DNA from: an uncultured Oscillospiraceae bacterium
GTDB lineage: Bacteria; Bacillota; Clostridia; UMGS1883
Direction of reading: 5' to 3'
Length of the DNA stretch: 52,808 bases
Assembly (NCBI GenBank): GCA_964537995.1
Contig: CAZICW010000005.1
Coordinates: forward strand, 1 to 52,808
Positions 29,835 through 38,984 of the stretch are shown piece by piece (the first letter of the stretch is position 1; each line of letters opens with the position of its first letter). Under the pieces are notes generated by a model. It saw nothing but the letters and a program-made list of their open reading frames with translations, did not search any database and was not told the DNA's origin. The position numbers and the translations under genes are program-made.

Positions 29835-31442
29835 TTAAATGCCCTTGTCCGCCTTCATTGTTTTAATTGTAGCCACAATTCCTTCGTATATTCCCTGCGC
29901 AAGAGCCTCCTGACCGGCGGAGCTTGTGAGGTATGCGCGGTCGCTGCTGTTGCTGATAAACGCCGTTTCCACAAGGGCAGCGGGCTGGATTGTTTTGCGG
30001 ATTACGTAAAGATGAGAGCCGTCATGAATCTGCCCGGGCTTAAGCGGAGTGAGAGAAATATTTGAATTGTATATATTCTGCGCCAAAATCGTTCCGTATT
30101 TTGAGTCCGGATGATAGTAAACCTGCGTGCCGTTCGATTCTGTATTTTCAAACGAATTGCAGTGTATGCTGACGAACACCGCCGGCATACCGCCGTTGGT
30201 TTCGCGGCTTGCGATGTCAACTCTGTCCTGCAGCGTCGGATAGGTGTTGTCGTCCGTACGCGTCATAACAACGGTTATGCCGTCCGCCTCAAGCTTGTCC
30301 CTCACAAGAAGGGATATTGCGAGGGTTACGGCGCTTTCCCTTACTCCTTCGCCGAGAGCGCCGGGATCGCTTCCGCCGTGGCCGGGATCGATTACAACCG
30401 CGTTATAGTCAAAATTTTTCGACACGGTTGTGTCCACGGTGCCGCTTGTGTCAAGCGACACGGAGCCGTTGTCCGTTCCGTTTGATGTGTTTTCGGCGGT
30501 TTCTTCTTCGTCACCGTCCGAGGGAACATAAACCGCCCCGTTCACGAGGTCGCCGATTTTTGTCGTATATTTTCCCGACGCGGCGGTTGCCGCAATTACA
30601 ATTCCGTCCTCGCTTCTGTATATTTCAATGTTCGGCTGACTGCTTACGTCCAAAACTATGCGCGCCATATCCGTATGGTTTGCGCCGCGCACGTCGCTTA
30701 CAACCCTTCCGTTTACCGTCAAATTCATGGCCGCGCTTGTGAGCTGAGAGCCGTCGAAATCCAACACAACGCGTTCGGGAGTGTCATAGCGCGCAATGTC
30801 GGGCTCAACGGGTTTGCTGTATGTCAGATATATGAGGTCGGTTTTCCCCGACGATTCATATGTTATTTTGCTTATAACGCTGTCGGAAGCGGGCGTCTGC
30901 GCTCCGCCTTCGCCGTTATCCTCCTCCGCTTTATCCTCGGAGTCATTTCCGACAATGCCCTCCGCGCTTTCGTAAAGCGAAACCACGCGCCGGTCGTTGT
31001 CCCAGTCCACCTCAAAGCCGAGGAGATTTGCCACAATGCGCACCGGCACCATAGTTTTGTCGTTGATAATCATCGGAGCGGGGTCGGTTGAGGGAATGGT
31101 TATCTTCGCCCTTCCCATATAAACGGTGCGGCTGCCGATTGTAAAAAGCACCTCTGTTCCCTTATAGGAAATCGAGGTCTGCCCCGTTTCGTTTATCCAT
31201 TTGACCTGCGCGCCTATAGCTTCAAAAACCTCCCGAACGGGTACAAGCGTCCTGTCCATAAGTATTACGGGGGGCATTTCTTTCGTTGCGATTTGTTCCC
31301 CGTTGATTTCGATGTAAATGTCGTCCTCGTTATAATAGTGATATATTTCATCGTATATCAAATTCATTTCAACGCCGTATGCCGTCGTCTGAAAAAGCAA
31401 CAGCGCGGAAATCAAAAACGCCGTAAGTCTGAATTTTTTCAT
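29835..31442 (-). CDS. N-acetylmuramoyl-L-alanine amidase (Cu-amine-oxidase-N-like + AMIN-like + Amidase_3), long paralogue
   Basis: Signal peptide; PERVVLDF..ARIVLD (AMIN-like); IDPGHGG, RESAVTL, SIHCN, LVETAF. Confidence 0.9.
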   Translation of the reverse strand: MKKFRLTAFLISALLLFQTTAYGVEMNLIYDEIYHYYNEDDIYIEINGEQIATKEMPPVILMDRTLVPVREVFEAIGAQVKWINETGQTSISYKGTEVLFTIGSRTVYMGRAKITIPSTDPAPMIINDKTMVPVRIVANLLGFEVDWDNDRRVVSLYESAEGIVGNDSEDKAEEDNGEGGAQTPASDSVISKITYESSGKTDLIYLTYSKPVEPDIARYDTPERVVLDFDGSQLTSAAMNLTVNGRVVSDVRGANHTDMARIVLDVSSQPNIEIYRSEDGIVIAATAASGKYTTKIGDLVNGAVYVPSDGDEEETAENTSNGTDNGSVSLDTSGTVDTTVSKNFDYNAVVIDPGHGGSDPGALGEGVRESAVTLAISLLVRDKLEADGITVVMTRTDDNTYPTLQDRVDIASRETNGGMPAVFVSIHCNSFENTESNGTQVYYHPDSKYGTILAQNIYNSNISLTPLKPGQIHDGSHLYVIRKTIQPAALVETAFISNSSDRAYLTSSAGQEALAQGIYEGIVATIKTMKADKGI

Positions 31443-31504
31443 AAGACCACCTCTGTACCCTCAATTCGACACTTTATTATTTTATCCCTTTTTTTATTTC
31501 AATT

Positions 31505-31532
31505 TGTTAAACAATTGTAACATTTTTGTAAA
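31505..31532. promoter_or_regulatory. Triple WalR-type direct repeat upstream of the amidase pair
   Basis: TGTTAA-acaat-TGTAAC-atttt-TGTAAA; all three fit TGT(A/T)A(A/T/C) with N5 spacers; TAAAAT -10 at 31484-31479 on the minus strand. Confidence 0.6.
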
Positions 31533-31534
31533 AT

Positions 31535-32563
31535 CTACCACCTGAGCTGTCCGTTATCGCCGTCGTCAAACGGAAGCTTATAGTGTTCATACGCCGCTTT
31601 CGTGGCGCAGCGTCCGCGCGGAGTACGGCTGAGAAAGCCGAGCTGCATAAGATACGGCTCGTACACATCTTCGATTGTGGACGCGTCCTCGCCGATTGTG
31701 GCGGCAAGGGTATCCAGTCCGACCGGACCTCCGCCGAAGGTGCGGATTATGGAAAGAATCATATTTTTGTCAACGGCGTCAAGCCCCAGCTCATCAATTT
31801 CAAGCATTTTCAGAGCTTTGTCGGCGGCTTCCTTTGTTATCCGTCCGTCGGCCATAATCTGGGCGAAGTCGCGCACCCTGCGCAGCAGCCTGTTGGCGAT
31901 TCGGGGCGTGCCTCGCGAACGGGACGCGATTTCCGCCGCGCCGCCCGCGTCAATTTCTATGCCCAATATTCCCGCGCTTCTGCGCACTATAGTCACCAAA
32001 TCCTCTGTGTTGTAAAGCTCCAGTCTCGAAATAACTCCGAAGCGGTCGCGAAGCGGAGCGGAAAGCAGCCCCGCCCTCGTCGTCGCGCCCACAAGAGTGA
32101 ACGGCGAAAGGCTGAGCCGCACCGACTGTGCGCTCGGCCCTTTTCCGATTATTATATCCAACGAAAAATCCTCCATCGCGGGATATAAAATTTCCTCAAC
32201 GCTTCTTGAAAGGCGGTGAATTTCATCTATAAAAAGCACGTCATGCGGGGCAAGATTCGTAAGTATTGCCGCCAAATCCATGGGCTTTTCGATTGCGGGG
32301 CCGCTGGTTACGCGAATATTCACTCCCAGCTCGTTGGCTATTATGCCGGCAAGCGTGGTTTTGCCCAGCCCGGGAGGCCCGTAAAGCAGACAGTGGTCAA
32401 GAGCTTCATTTCTTTCAAGGGCGGCGCTGATATAAATTTTCAGTCCTTCCTTGACCTTGTCCTGCCCGATATAATCGTCCATCGTTTTTGGACGTATGCT
32501 GAACTCCAGCTCATCGTCGCCGCCGAGCTGCCGTCCGGAAATGATTCGGTCGTCAAATTCCAT
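31535..32563 (-). CDS. ruvB: Holliday junction branch-migration ATPase
   Basis: [40 protein letters not shown]. Confidence 0.98.
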   Translation of the reverse strand: MEFDDRIISGRQLGGDDELEFSIRPKTMDDYIGQDKVKEGLKIYISAALERNEALDHCLLYGPPGLGKTTLAGIIANELGVNIRVTSGPAIEKPMDLAAILTNLAPHDVLFIDEIHRLSRSVEEILYPAMEDFSLDIIIGKGPSAQSVRLSLSPFTLVGATTRAGLLSAPLRDRFGVISRLELYNTEDLVTIVRRSAGILGIEIDAGGAAEIASRSRGTPRIANRLLRRVRDFAQIMADGRITKEAADKALKMLEIDELGLDAVDKNMILSIIRTFGGGPVGLDTLAATIGEDASTIEDVYEPYLMQLGFLSRTPRGRCATKAAYEHYKLPFDDGDNGQLRW

Positions 32564-33161
32564 TGCTCATTCTCCTTAAAGCTTCCTTAATTATTTCCTC
32601 CGTCGCAAGGGTCTTGCCCTCGGAGCTTATACCAACCACGGTTTTTTGAGCCTCGCTCGGAGAGCAGCCGAGAGCTATCAGCGCGTTTATCGCCTTAACG
32701 TCCTCCGACGCCGCGGCGGCGGCCGGAGTCTTTGCCGCCCCGAACGCTTCCGCGTCGGGAATGCCGACCTTTTCCCTGAGTTCGAGGATAATTCTCTGCG
32801 CAATCTTCCCTCCGACGCCCTGCGCCCGCGAAATTGCCTTTGCGTCGCCGCTCACAATCGCCGCCGCCAACTCGGACGGAGGCAGCGCGCTGAGTATCGC
32901 CAGCGCCGCCTTGCAGCCCACGCCGTTGACGGAGAGGAGCTTGTTGAAATACTCAATTCCTTTTTTGTCCGAAAAGCCGTAAAGCTCCATCGCGTCCTCG
33001 CGGACATGAAAATAAGTATATATTTTCGCTTCGCGTCCCTCCTCGGGGACGAGAGCCAAATCTATCGTCGGCATAAACACGCGGAAGCCCACGCCGCCCA
33101 CGTCAATTATAAGGCTGCCTGTCTCCTTGTGCGCGATTTTTCCGCTCAAATACGAAATCAT
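32553..33161 (-). CDS. ruvA: Holliday junction DNA-binding subunit
   Basis: [38 protein letters not shown]. Confidence 0.96.
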   Translation of the reverse strand: MISYLSGKIAHKETGSLIIDVGGVGFRVFMPTIDLALVPEEGREAKIYTYFHVREDAMELYGFSDKKGIEYFNKLLSVNGVGCKAALAILSALPPSELAAAIVSGDAKAISRAQGVGGKIAQRIILELREKVGIPDAEAFGAAKTPAAAAASEDVKAINALIALGCSPSEAQKTVVGISSEGKTLATEEIIKEALRRMSNGI

Positions 33162-33679
33162 ATCGACATCCCTCCACCGTAAGCATCAGAAATACTGTTG
33201 AAGCGCACGCTGTTGCCGTGGCATACGGCAATCGCAAGAGCGTCGGCAACATCGTCGGGCTTGGGAATATCCTCAAGTCCGAGCAGGATCTTCATCATAT
33301 GCTGAATCTGTTTTTTGTCCGCCCTGCCGTAGCCTGTCAGCGCTTGCTTGACCTGTATCGGCGTATATTCGAAAATCGGCACACCGGCCTTGACCGCGGC
33401 AAGCAGAATAATTCCCCTCGCCTGTCCGACGGCAAAGGCGGTTTTCGCGTTGTTGTTAAAAAACAGCTCCTCAACGCTGACCGCGTCCGGTTTGTATTTG
33501 TCAATAATCCCGACTATGGCGTCATATATGTCCATGAGCCTCAGCTCAAGCCGCGTATGCGCCGGAGTTGTTACGGCATCGTAAAACACCGGAGTATAAG
33601 AATTTGCGTTCTTGTCCACTATCCCAACCCCGACAATCGCTATTCCGGGGTCAATTCCCATAATCCGCAGCCTCTTCAT
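33158..33679 (-). CDS. ruvC: Crossover junction endodeoxyribonuclease
   Basis: MGIDPG, EELFF, QARG, EYTP..VK, DDVADALAIA. Confidence 0.96.
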   Translation of the reverse strand: MKRLRIMGIDPGIAIVGVGIVDKNANSYTPVFYDAVTTPAHTRLELRLMDIYDAIVGIIDKYKPDAVSVEELFFNNNAKTAFAVGQARGIILLAAVKAGVPIFEYTPIQVKQALTGYGRADKKQIQHMMKILLGLEDIPKPDDVADALAIAVCHGNSVRFNSISDAYGGGMSI

Positions 33680-34050
33680 CAGCTTCAATCCTTTTCAAAT
33701 AATGTCCTAATTTATATTGTAATGTAAAACGACAAAAAAATCAAGTGTAAAAAAATGAAATTTGCAAGCGCCGCGGCTTTTAAGCCCCATCCTGAGCCGC
33801 AATCGGCGCCGACGCGGGGAATCGGCGCTTCCTTTACGGACTTTTTACAAAAAATTTTCCGAAAATGTTTCACGCGGGCTTATTTTTCCGCTCGAAATTG
33901 TTAAAAATAATTACAGCTCCGTAATAAAAATTTTCAGGACGCATATTCTGATAACGAACGTGGTTTTGGGCAGAAATACACATTATTTTTCTTTTTTCGA
34001 CGGAATATATGTTCAAATTCAACAAAGGCAGTGGCAGAAATTAAGTAATT

Positions 34051-34112
34051 GTTACAAAAGTTTGACAAATTTGCTGAAAAGTCTTGACAAATGCAATAAA
34101 GTTGTATATAAT
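34051..34112 (+). promoter_or_regulatory. Consensus sigmaA promoter of the G5/3D gene with upstream phased repeats
   Basis: TTGACA(34084)-17nt-TATAAT(34107); GTTACA(34051) and TTGACA(34062) in 11-bp phase with the -35. Confidence 0.7.
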
Positions 34113-34171
34113 GCTTATTGTTATCAAAAAAAGTCCCATTTCGTTTTGAAATGTGAAAGGAATGTGATTCT

Positions 34172-34870
34172 ATGAATTTCAGAAAATATGTAAAAAAAAT
34201 ATTGTCTAACCGCCGCTGGGCCGCTGTGATTTCCGCCGCCGCCATGCTTACAAGCTCGTCCGCTTTTGCGGTTGACGGCTCAATGGAGGTTCAGCTCAGC
34301 AATATGTCCTACATTTCAACCGTAACCGAAACGGAAATAATTCCTCAGGATATAATCCGCATCGCCAACGCGGATCTTGCGAAGGGCGAAACCGTAACGG
34401 TTCAGGAAGGCTACGACGGCATAAAGGCGTTAAAATACTCCGTTCTCTACGAAAACGGCGTCGAAGTTGACAAGACCGTCATCTCCAGCGAGGTTGTGGT
34501 TGACCCGCAGGATAAGATAATCGAGTACGGAACCGAGGAAGGCTCCGACGCAAGAGATTTTGAATATCAGTATGTGGTTGAGTGCATCGCCACCGCATAT
34601 GACCCCTCTCCCGAGGAAAACGGCGGCTACGGCGGTCAGAGCGCGACGGGCGTTCCGCTTCAAAAGGGCGTAATTGCGGTTGACCCCAAGGTTATCCCGC
34701 TCGGCTCCCGCGTCTATGTTGAGGCTTCGGACGGAAGCTGGAGCTACGGCTACGCGGTTGCCGCCGATACCGGCGGAGCCATCAAGGGCAACAGAGTCGA
34801 TCTCCTGTTCAATACTAAAGGAGAGTGCTATGAATTTGGCAGAAGAAGCTGCAAGGTGTATGTTCTGTAA
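34172..34870 (+). CDS. Secreted G5 + 3D domain protein (YabE/Sps-like lytic transglycosylase family)
   Basis: Signal peptide; G5 (QEGYDG..IIEYGT); 3D motifs ATAY, IAVDPKVIPLGS, ADTGGAIKGNRVDL. Confidence 0.9.
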   Translation: MNFRKYVKKILSNRRWAAVISAAAMLTSSSAFAVDGSMEVQLSNMSYISTVTETEIIPQDIIRIANADLAKGETVTVQEGYDGIKALKYSVLYENGVEVDKTVISSEVVVDPQDKIIEYGTEEGSDARDFEYQYVVECIATAYDPSPEENGGYGGQSATGVPLQKGVIAVDPKVIPLGSRVYVEASDGSWSYGYAVAADTGGAIKGNRVDLLFNTKGECYEFGRRSCKVYVL

Positions 34871-34903
34871 ATATAAATCAAATATGTAAAAAGCTCCGGC
34901 TAT

Positions 34904-34965
34904 AACCGAATCGGCCCCGAAAAGTCAGACCAAAAATCTGACGCGGGAGGCCGGTTCGGTTTTTA
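34904..34965 (+). repeat. Compound palindrome resembling joined IS3/IS150-type ends, in terminator position
   Basis: AACCGAATCGGCC..GTCAGA-ccaaaaa-TCTGAC..GGCCGGTTCGGTT followed by a T-run. Confidence 0.45.
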
Positions 34966-35029
34966 CGTTTTTTCATCTTTCATCGTTACAAAATATATTT
35001 TCGAGCGTCTGATACGCGGTCACGGAAAA

Positions 35030-35063
35030 GAGCTGCGGAAAACGTCTCCGTTTTCCGCAGCTC
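35030..35063 (-). terminator. trkAH terminator
   Basis: GAGCTGCGGAAAACG-tctc-CGTTTTCCGCAGCTC, T-run follows on the minus strand. Confidence 0.8.
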
Positions 35064-35080
35064 CTTGCGATTGATATTTT

Positions 35081-36517
35081 TTATTTTTTCCGCCATGTAT
35101 TCGGCGAAAAGCAGAGCAGTAGCGGGAAAATTTCCAGTCTGCCGGCGAGCATATCAAAAATAAACACAAGCTTTGACAGCGGCGAAAAGCCTGCAAAATT
35201 GCCCGTCGGGCCGACGGCGTTCAATCCGGGGCCGATATTGTTCAGTGTGGCGGCAACGGCGGAAAACGACGTCGTAAGGTCAAAATTGTCCAGCAAAATC
35301 AACGCCAGAGAGCCCGCGAAAACGAAAATAAACGCGCACAGATAGACGTTTACAATGCGTATGACGTCATGGTCGATGGGTTTTCCGTCGGATTTTAACA
35401 CCTTTACGTTTCTGGGATGCGAGAGCAGACGTATTTCCTTGGCGACGGTCTTTGCGTAAATCACAAACCTTGAAACCTTCATTCCGCCGCCCGTGCTGCC
35501 CGCGCAGGCTCCGGTAAACATAAGCATGACGAGCAGCGCCTTGGAAAAATTGGGCCAAAGATTGAAATCCGCCGAAGCGAAGCCTGTGCTTGTCATGATG
35601 GACGAGGTCTGGAACAGCACCTCGCGCAGTCCGCCGAAATCGGTTTTCGTAAGAATCAGATTAAGATACACCGCCGCGCTTGCGACGATATAAATTCTGA
35701 AATACCAGCGAACCTCCTCCATTGAGAAGGCTTCCTTAAAACGTCGGGTTATAAGGTAAAAATAAAAATTGAAATTCACTCCGAAAAGGAGCATGAAAAT
35801 CGCGGTCGCGTTCTGGGCGAAGGCGGAATAGCTCGCGAAGCTGTCGTTAAGGACGCCGAAGCCGCCCGTGCCGGCAGTGCCGACGGAAAGGCAGATTGCG
35901 TCGAACAGCGGAACGCGGCCTATCAGCAGCAGAATAAGATGTATAAGCGTGAGTACGGCGTAAATTATATAGAGCATGGCGGCGGTTTTGCGCATTTTCG
36001 GAGCCAGCTTGCCCACCGACGGCCCGGTGCTTTCGGCTCTCATAATGTAGATGTTCTGCCCGCCCGCCATGGGAAGTATCGCAAGCATGAACACCAGCAC
36101 TCCCATGCCGCCTATCCAGTGCGAAAAGCTGCGCCAGAAAAGCATACAGTGCGACAGGGCCTCAACATCGGTCAATATGCTTGAACCCGTGGTTGTGAAG
36201 CCGGATACTATTTCAAACAGAGCGTCGATTACATTCGGAATTTCTCCGCTGGCAACAAAGGGGACGGCTCCGATAACGCTGACCGTCAGCCAGCACAGCG
36301 AAACCACAACAAAGCCCTCTCTGGCAAAAAAGGTTGTGCTTTTCGGCTTTCTGCGTGTCAGCGCAATGCCGACGCAGCCGAATACCGCGGCGCACAGCAA
36401 AAAAATCGTGCCGGATGCTTCCCCGTAAAACAGCGATACAATCCACGGCAGCAGCATTGCCGCGCTTTCGATTGTCACCACGCATCCTATTATATAGCCG
36501 ATTATTCCGAAATTCAT
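35081..36517 (-). CDS. trkH: Trk potassium uptake membrane protein
   Basis: SGFTTTG, GTGGF, TSTGF, GACAGSTGGG, NNIGPG, GRLEI. Confidence 0.95.
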   Translation of the reverse strand: MNFGIIGYIIGCVVTIESAAMLLPWIVSLFYGEASGTIFLLCAAVFGCVGIALTRRKPKSTTFFAREGFVVVSLCWLTVSVIGAVPFVASGEIPNVIDALFEIVSGFTTTGSSILTDVEALSHCMLFWRSFSHWIGGMGVLVFMLAILPMAGGQNIYIMRAESTGPSVGKLAPKMRKTAAMLYIIYAVLTLIHLILLLIGRVPLFDAICLSVGTAGTGGFGVLNDSFASYSAFAQNATAIFMLLFGVNFNFYFYLITRRFKEAFSMEEVRWYFRIYIVASAAVYLNLILTKTDFGGLREVLFQTSSIMTSTGFASADFNLWPNFSKALLVMLMFTGACAGSTGGGMKVSRFVIYAKTVAKEIRLLSHPRNVKVLKSDGKPIDHDVIRIVNVYLCAFIFVFAGSLALILLDNFDLTTSFSAVAATLNNIGPGLNAVGPTGNFAGFSPLSKLVFIFDMLAGRLEIFPLLLCFSPNTWRKK

Positions 36518-36538
36518 ACCGTATGCTCACTCCCCGCT

Positions 36539-37900
36539 CTAAGCGAAAATGTCGTTTAAATCCTTAAAGCCCGTGTCGGTCGTAACCACAATGACTGTAT
36601 CGCCGTTCTTTATGAAGTCGCGTCCGCGCGGAGCGATTATTTTTTTGCCGCGGATTATCGTACAGATGAGGATATTGGGCTTCAGCCGCAGCTCCGCAAG
36701 CGGAACGTTGAGGAAGGAGCCCTTTGCCGCGTCGGAGACCTTGAATTGAATTGCCTCGACCCTGTCGTCCATCATTTTATAGAGCATCTCCACGTTGCTT
36801 CCCATTGAATTTTGCATTGAGCGGACGTAGCTTATTATCATCTGAGAGGTTATAATCTTGGGGCAGATTACCACGCCTATGGGAAGCTCGCGCACAACCT
36901 CCTCAAAGGAAATTTTGCTTATTTTTGTTATGCACTTCGCCGAGGAAACCTTGTTCGCATACATCGAGAGCAAAATATTTTCCTCGTCTATGCCCGTCAG
37001 GGAAGCGAGCGCGTCGGCATCCTTCAGCCCTTCCTCGATAAGAAGCTGCTGGTCGGTGGCGTCGCCGTTGATAATTATCGCTTCCGGCAGCAGCACGCTC
37101 AGCTCCTCGCAGCGCGCGCGATTCAATTCGAGGATTTTCACGCTTATGCCGGAGCGCAGGAGCATTTCCGCAAGATAATAAGAAATATTTCCGCCGCCGG
37201 CTATTATGACGCTTTTTATCGGCTTTGCCTTTATGCCTATCTTGTTCAGCGTCATGTGCAGCTCTCTTATCGGAATTATCACGGAAATTTTGTCGCCCGC
37301 CTTAAGGCGGGTGTCGCCGTTGGGAATCAATATATCCTCTCCGCTTTCGAGGACGCAGACCAAAAGCCTGACCTTCACCTTTTGCTCAACCTCGTTAAGC
37401 TTCAGTCCGTCAAGCGCCGAACCCTCGGGGATTTCAAGGCGCAGAAGATTCACCCTGCCCTTGGCAAAGTTGTCGGCGTCAAGGGCGGACGGAATCTGGA
37501 TAAGACGGTAAATATTGGCCGCCGCCGCAATTTCGGGATTTATCGCCATCGAAAGTCCCAATTCTTCCTTGATGAAATCTATCTCGTTGTAGTGTACGGG
37601 ATCCCTCACTCTGGCTATAGTACAGCAGTTTCCCGCCTTTTTTGCGACAAGACAGCTTAGAAGGCTTGTCTCGTCCGAATCGGTTACGGCAATCAGCAAA
37701 TCGGCGTTTTCGATTCCGGCGTCAAGCTGAGTCGCGTAGCTTGTTCCGTTGCCGACAACGCCGCGTATGTCCAACGTTGAAACGGCGGCGTCAACGTGAC
37801 GGCTGTCGGTGTCGATAAGCGTTATTTCATGATTTTCGCGATTAAGCTGTGCGGCAAGCGTCATGCCGACCTTGCCGCCGCCGACTATAATTATGTTCAT
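36539..37900 (-). CDS. trkA: Trk potassium uptake regulatory subunit (two RCK domains)
   Basis: IVGGGKVG and IAGGGNI Rossmann motifs; GGAGG SD before MNIII. Confidence 0.95.
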   Translation of the reverse strand: MNIIIVGGGKVGMTLAAQLNRENHEITLIDTDSRHVDAAVSTLDIRGVVGNGTSYATQLDAGIENADLLIAVTDSDETSLLSCLVAKKAGNCCTIARVRDPVHYNEIDFIKEELGLSMAINPEIAAAANIYRLIQIPSALDADNFAKGRVNLLRLEIPEGSALDGLKLNEVEQKVKVRLLVCVLESGEDILIPNGDTRLKAGDKISVIIPIRELHMTLNKIGIKAKPIKSVIIAGGGNISYYLAEMLLRSGISVKILELNRARCEELSVLLPEAIIINGDATDQQLLIEEGLKDADALASLTGIDEENILLSMYANKVSSAKCITKISKISFEEVVRELPIGVVICPKIITSQMIISYVRSMQNSMGSNVEMLYKMMDDRVEAIQFKVSDAAKGSFLNVPLAELRLKPNILICTIIRGKKIIAPRGRDFIKNGDTVIVVTTDTGFKDLNDIFA

Positions 37901-38114
37901 GCGGCGTACCTCCCGTGCGGAAAAAATTGTGCGGAAAGCTTGTAAAGAATTGTTTCCGAGGGTTATTTTACCACAGTTGCAAAAGAAATTCAATACATAA
38001 CGGCAAAATTTTTTTAAACAGGAGCGGCGCTCCGTCATATCCGCCCGAGACAGAGCTTGCGGCGGCGGAATTTTATCGGGAATGAAATTTTTTGTGGAAA
38101 AACAATAAAAACGC

Positions 38115-38143
38115 TTGCAATATAAGCGAGAATTATGTATAAT
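38115..38143 (+). promoter_or_regulatory. sigmaA promoter of the hydrogenase-associated regulatory cassette
   Basis: TTGCAA-17nt-TATAAT. Confidence 0.7.
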
Positions 38144-38181
38144 ATTTATATGGATACTTATTTTTTAAGGAGGAGTTCACA

Positions 38182-38535
38182 ATGAAGCTGAGCAAAATAA
38201 GGGAAGTTCTTGACGCAAAGGTCCTTGCCGGAGAGGACGAGCTGGAGCGCGAGGTGTTTTCCGCCTGCGGAAGCGACCTTATGAGTGACGTTCTTGCCTT
38301 TGTGAAGGATCAGGCGCTGCTGCTTACGGGACTTGTAAACGGACAGGTTATCCGCACCGCCGAAATGATGGATATTCACGCGGTTATTTTCATCCGCGGC
38401 AAGGAGCCCGCTTCCGACGTAATCAGCCTTGCCGAAAGCCGCGATATGGTGATAATGACAACGGAGCTGCCTATGTATCTCGCCTGCGGAAAGCTGTACA
38501 GCTCCGGCCTTGTCGGAGGAAGCGTAAAAGCATGA
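38182..38535 (+). CDS. DRTGG-domain protein
   Basis: ACGSDLMSDVL, LLTGL, VIRTAEM, IFIRGK; typical of hydrogenase-linked DRTGG proteins. Confidence 0.85.
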   Translation: MKLSKIREVLDAKVLAGEDELEREVFSACGSDLMSDVLAFVKDQALLLTGLVNGQVIRTAEMMDIHAVIFIRGKEPASDVISLAESRDMVIMTTELPMYLACGKLYSSGLVGGSVKA

Positions 38536-38960
38536 GCGATGTGTTGATGAAGCTGCACTACGATGTTGACGGAACGGATTTCACCGTAGCCGGCGAAGCC
38601 AGCGGCGCGGTCAAAAAGGTTCTTAAGCAGCTCGGAATGAGTCCCGACGTAATCCGCAAGGTCGCAATCGCAATGTACGAATGTGAAATAAATATGGTTA
38701 TTCACGCCAACGGCGGGACTATTGACGTTGAAATATCCCCCGAAAAAATAAGAATGATACATACCGACGTCGGCCCCGGCATACCCGACATAGACAAGGC
38801 TATGCAGGCGGGCTTTTCTACGGCAAGTCATCAGGTGCGCGAGCTCGGCTTCGGCGCGGGAATGGGGCTGCCTAACATGAAAAAATACACCGACGAAATG
38901 AAAATAACCACTGAAATAGGAAAGGGAACGACCGTCGATATGGTCGTTTATGTAACATAG
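38532..38960 (+). CDS. RsbT/SpoIIAB-like anti-sigma-factor Ser/Thr kinase (HATPase_c)
   Basis: YECEINMVIHA, DVGPGI, GFSTA, GAGMGLPNM, GKGT. Confidence 0.85.
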   Translation: MSDVLMKLHYDVDGTDFTVAGEASGAVKKVLKQLGMSPDVIRKVAIAMYECEINMVIHANGGTIDVEISPEKIRMIHTDVGPGIPDIDKAMQAGFSTASHQVRELGFGAGMGLPNMKKYTDEMKITTEIGKGTTVDMVVYVT

Positions 38961-38984
38961 TCAGCCCTTCGGGAGGTCTATGCA

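Noticed and set aside
33762-34245. 137-aa and 103-aa ORFs in the ruvC-3D intergenic region
   Set aside because: They run through promoter elements, have atypical composition and lack an SD
37901-38110. c-di-AMP riboswitch before trkA
   Set aside because: The promoter (TTGAAT-17-TAAAAT, minus strand) leaves a ~55-nt leader and no ydaO-type motifs were seen
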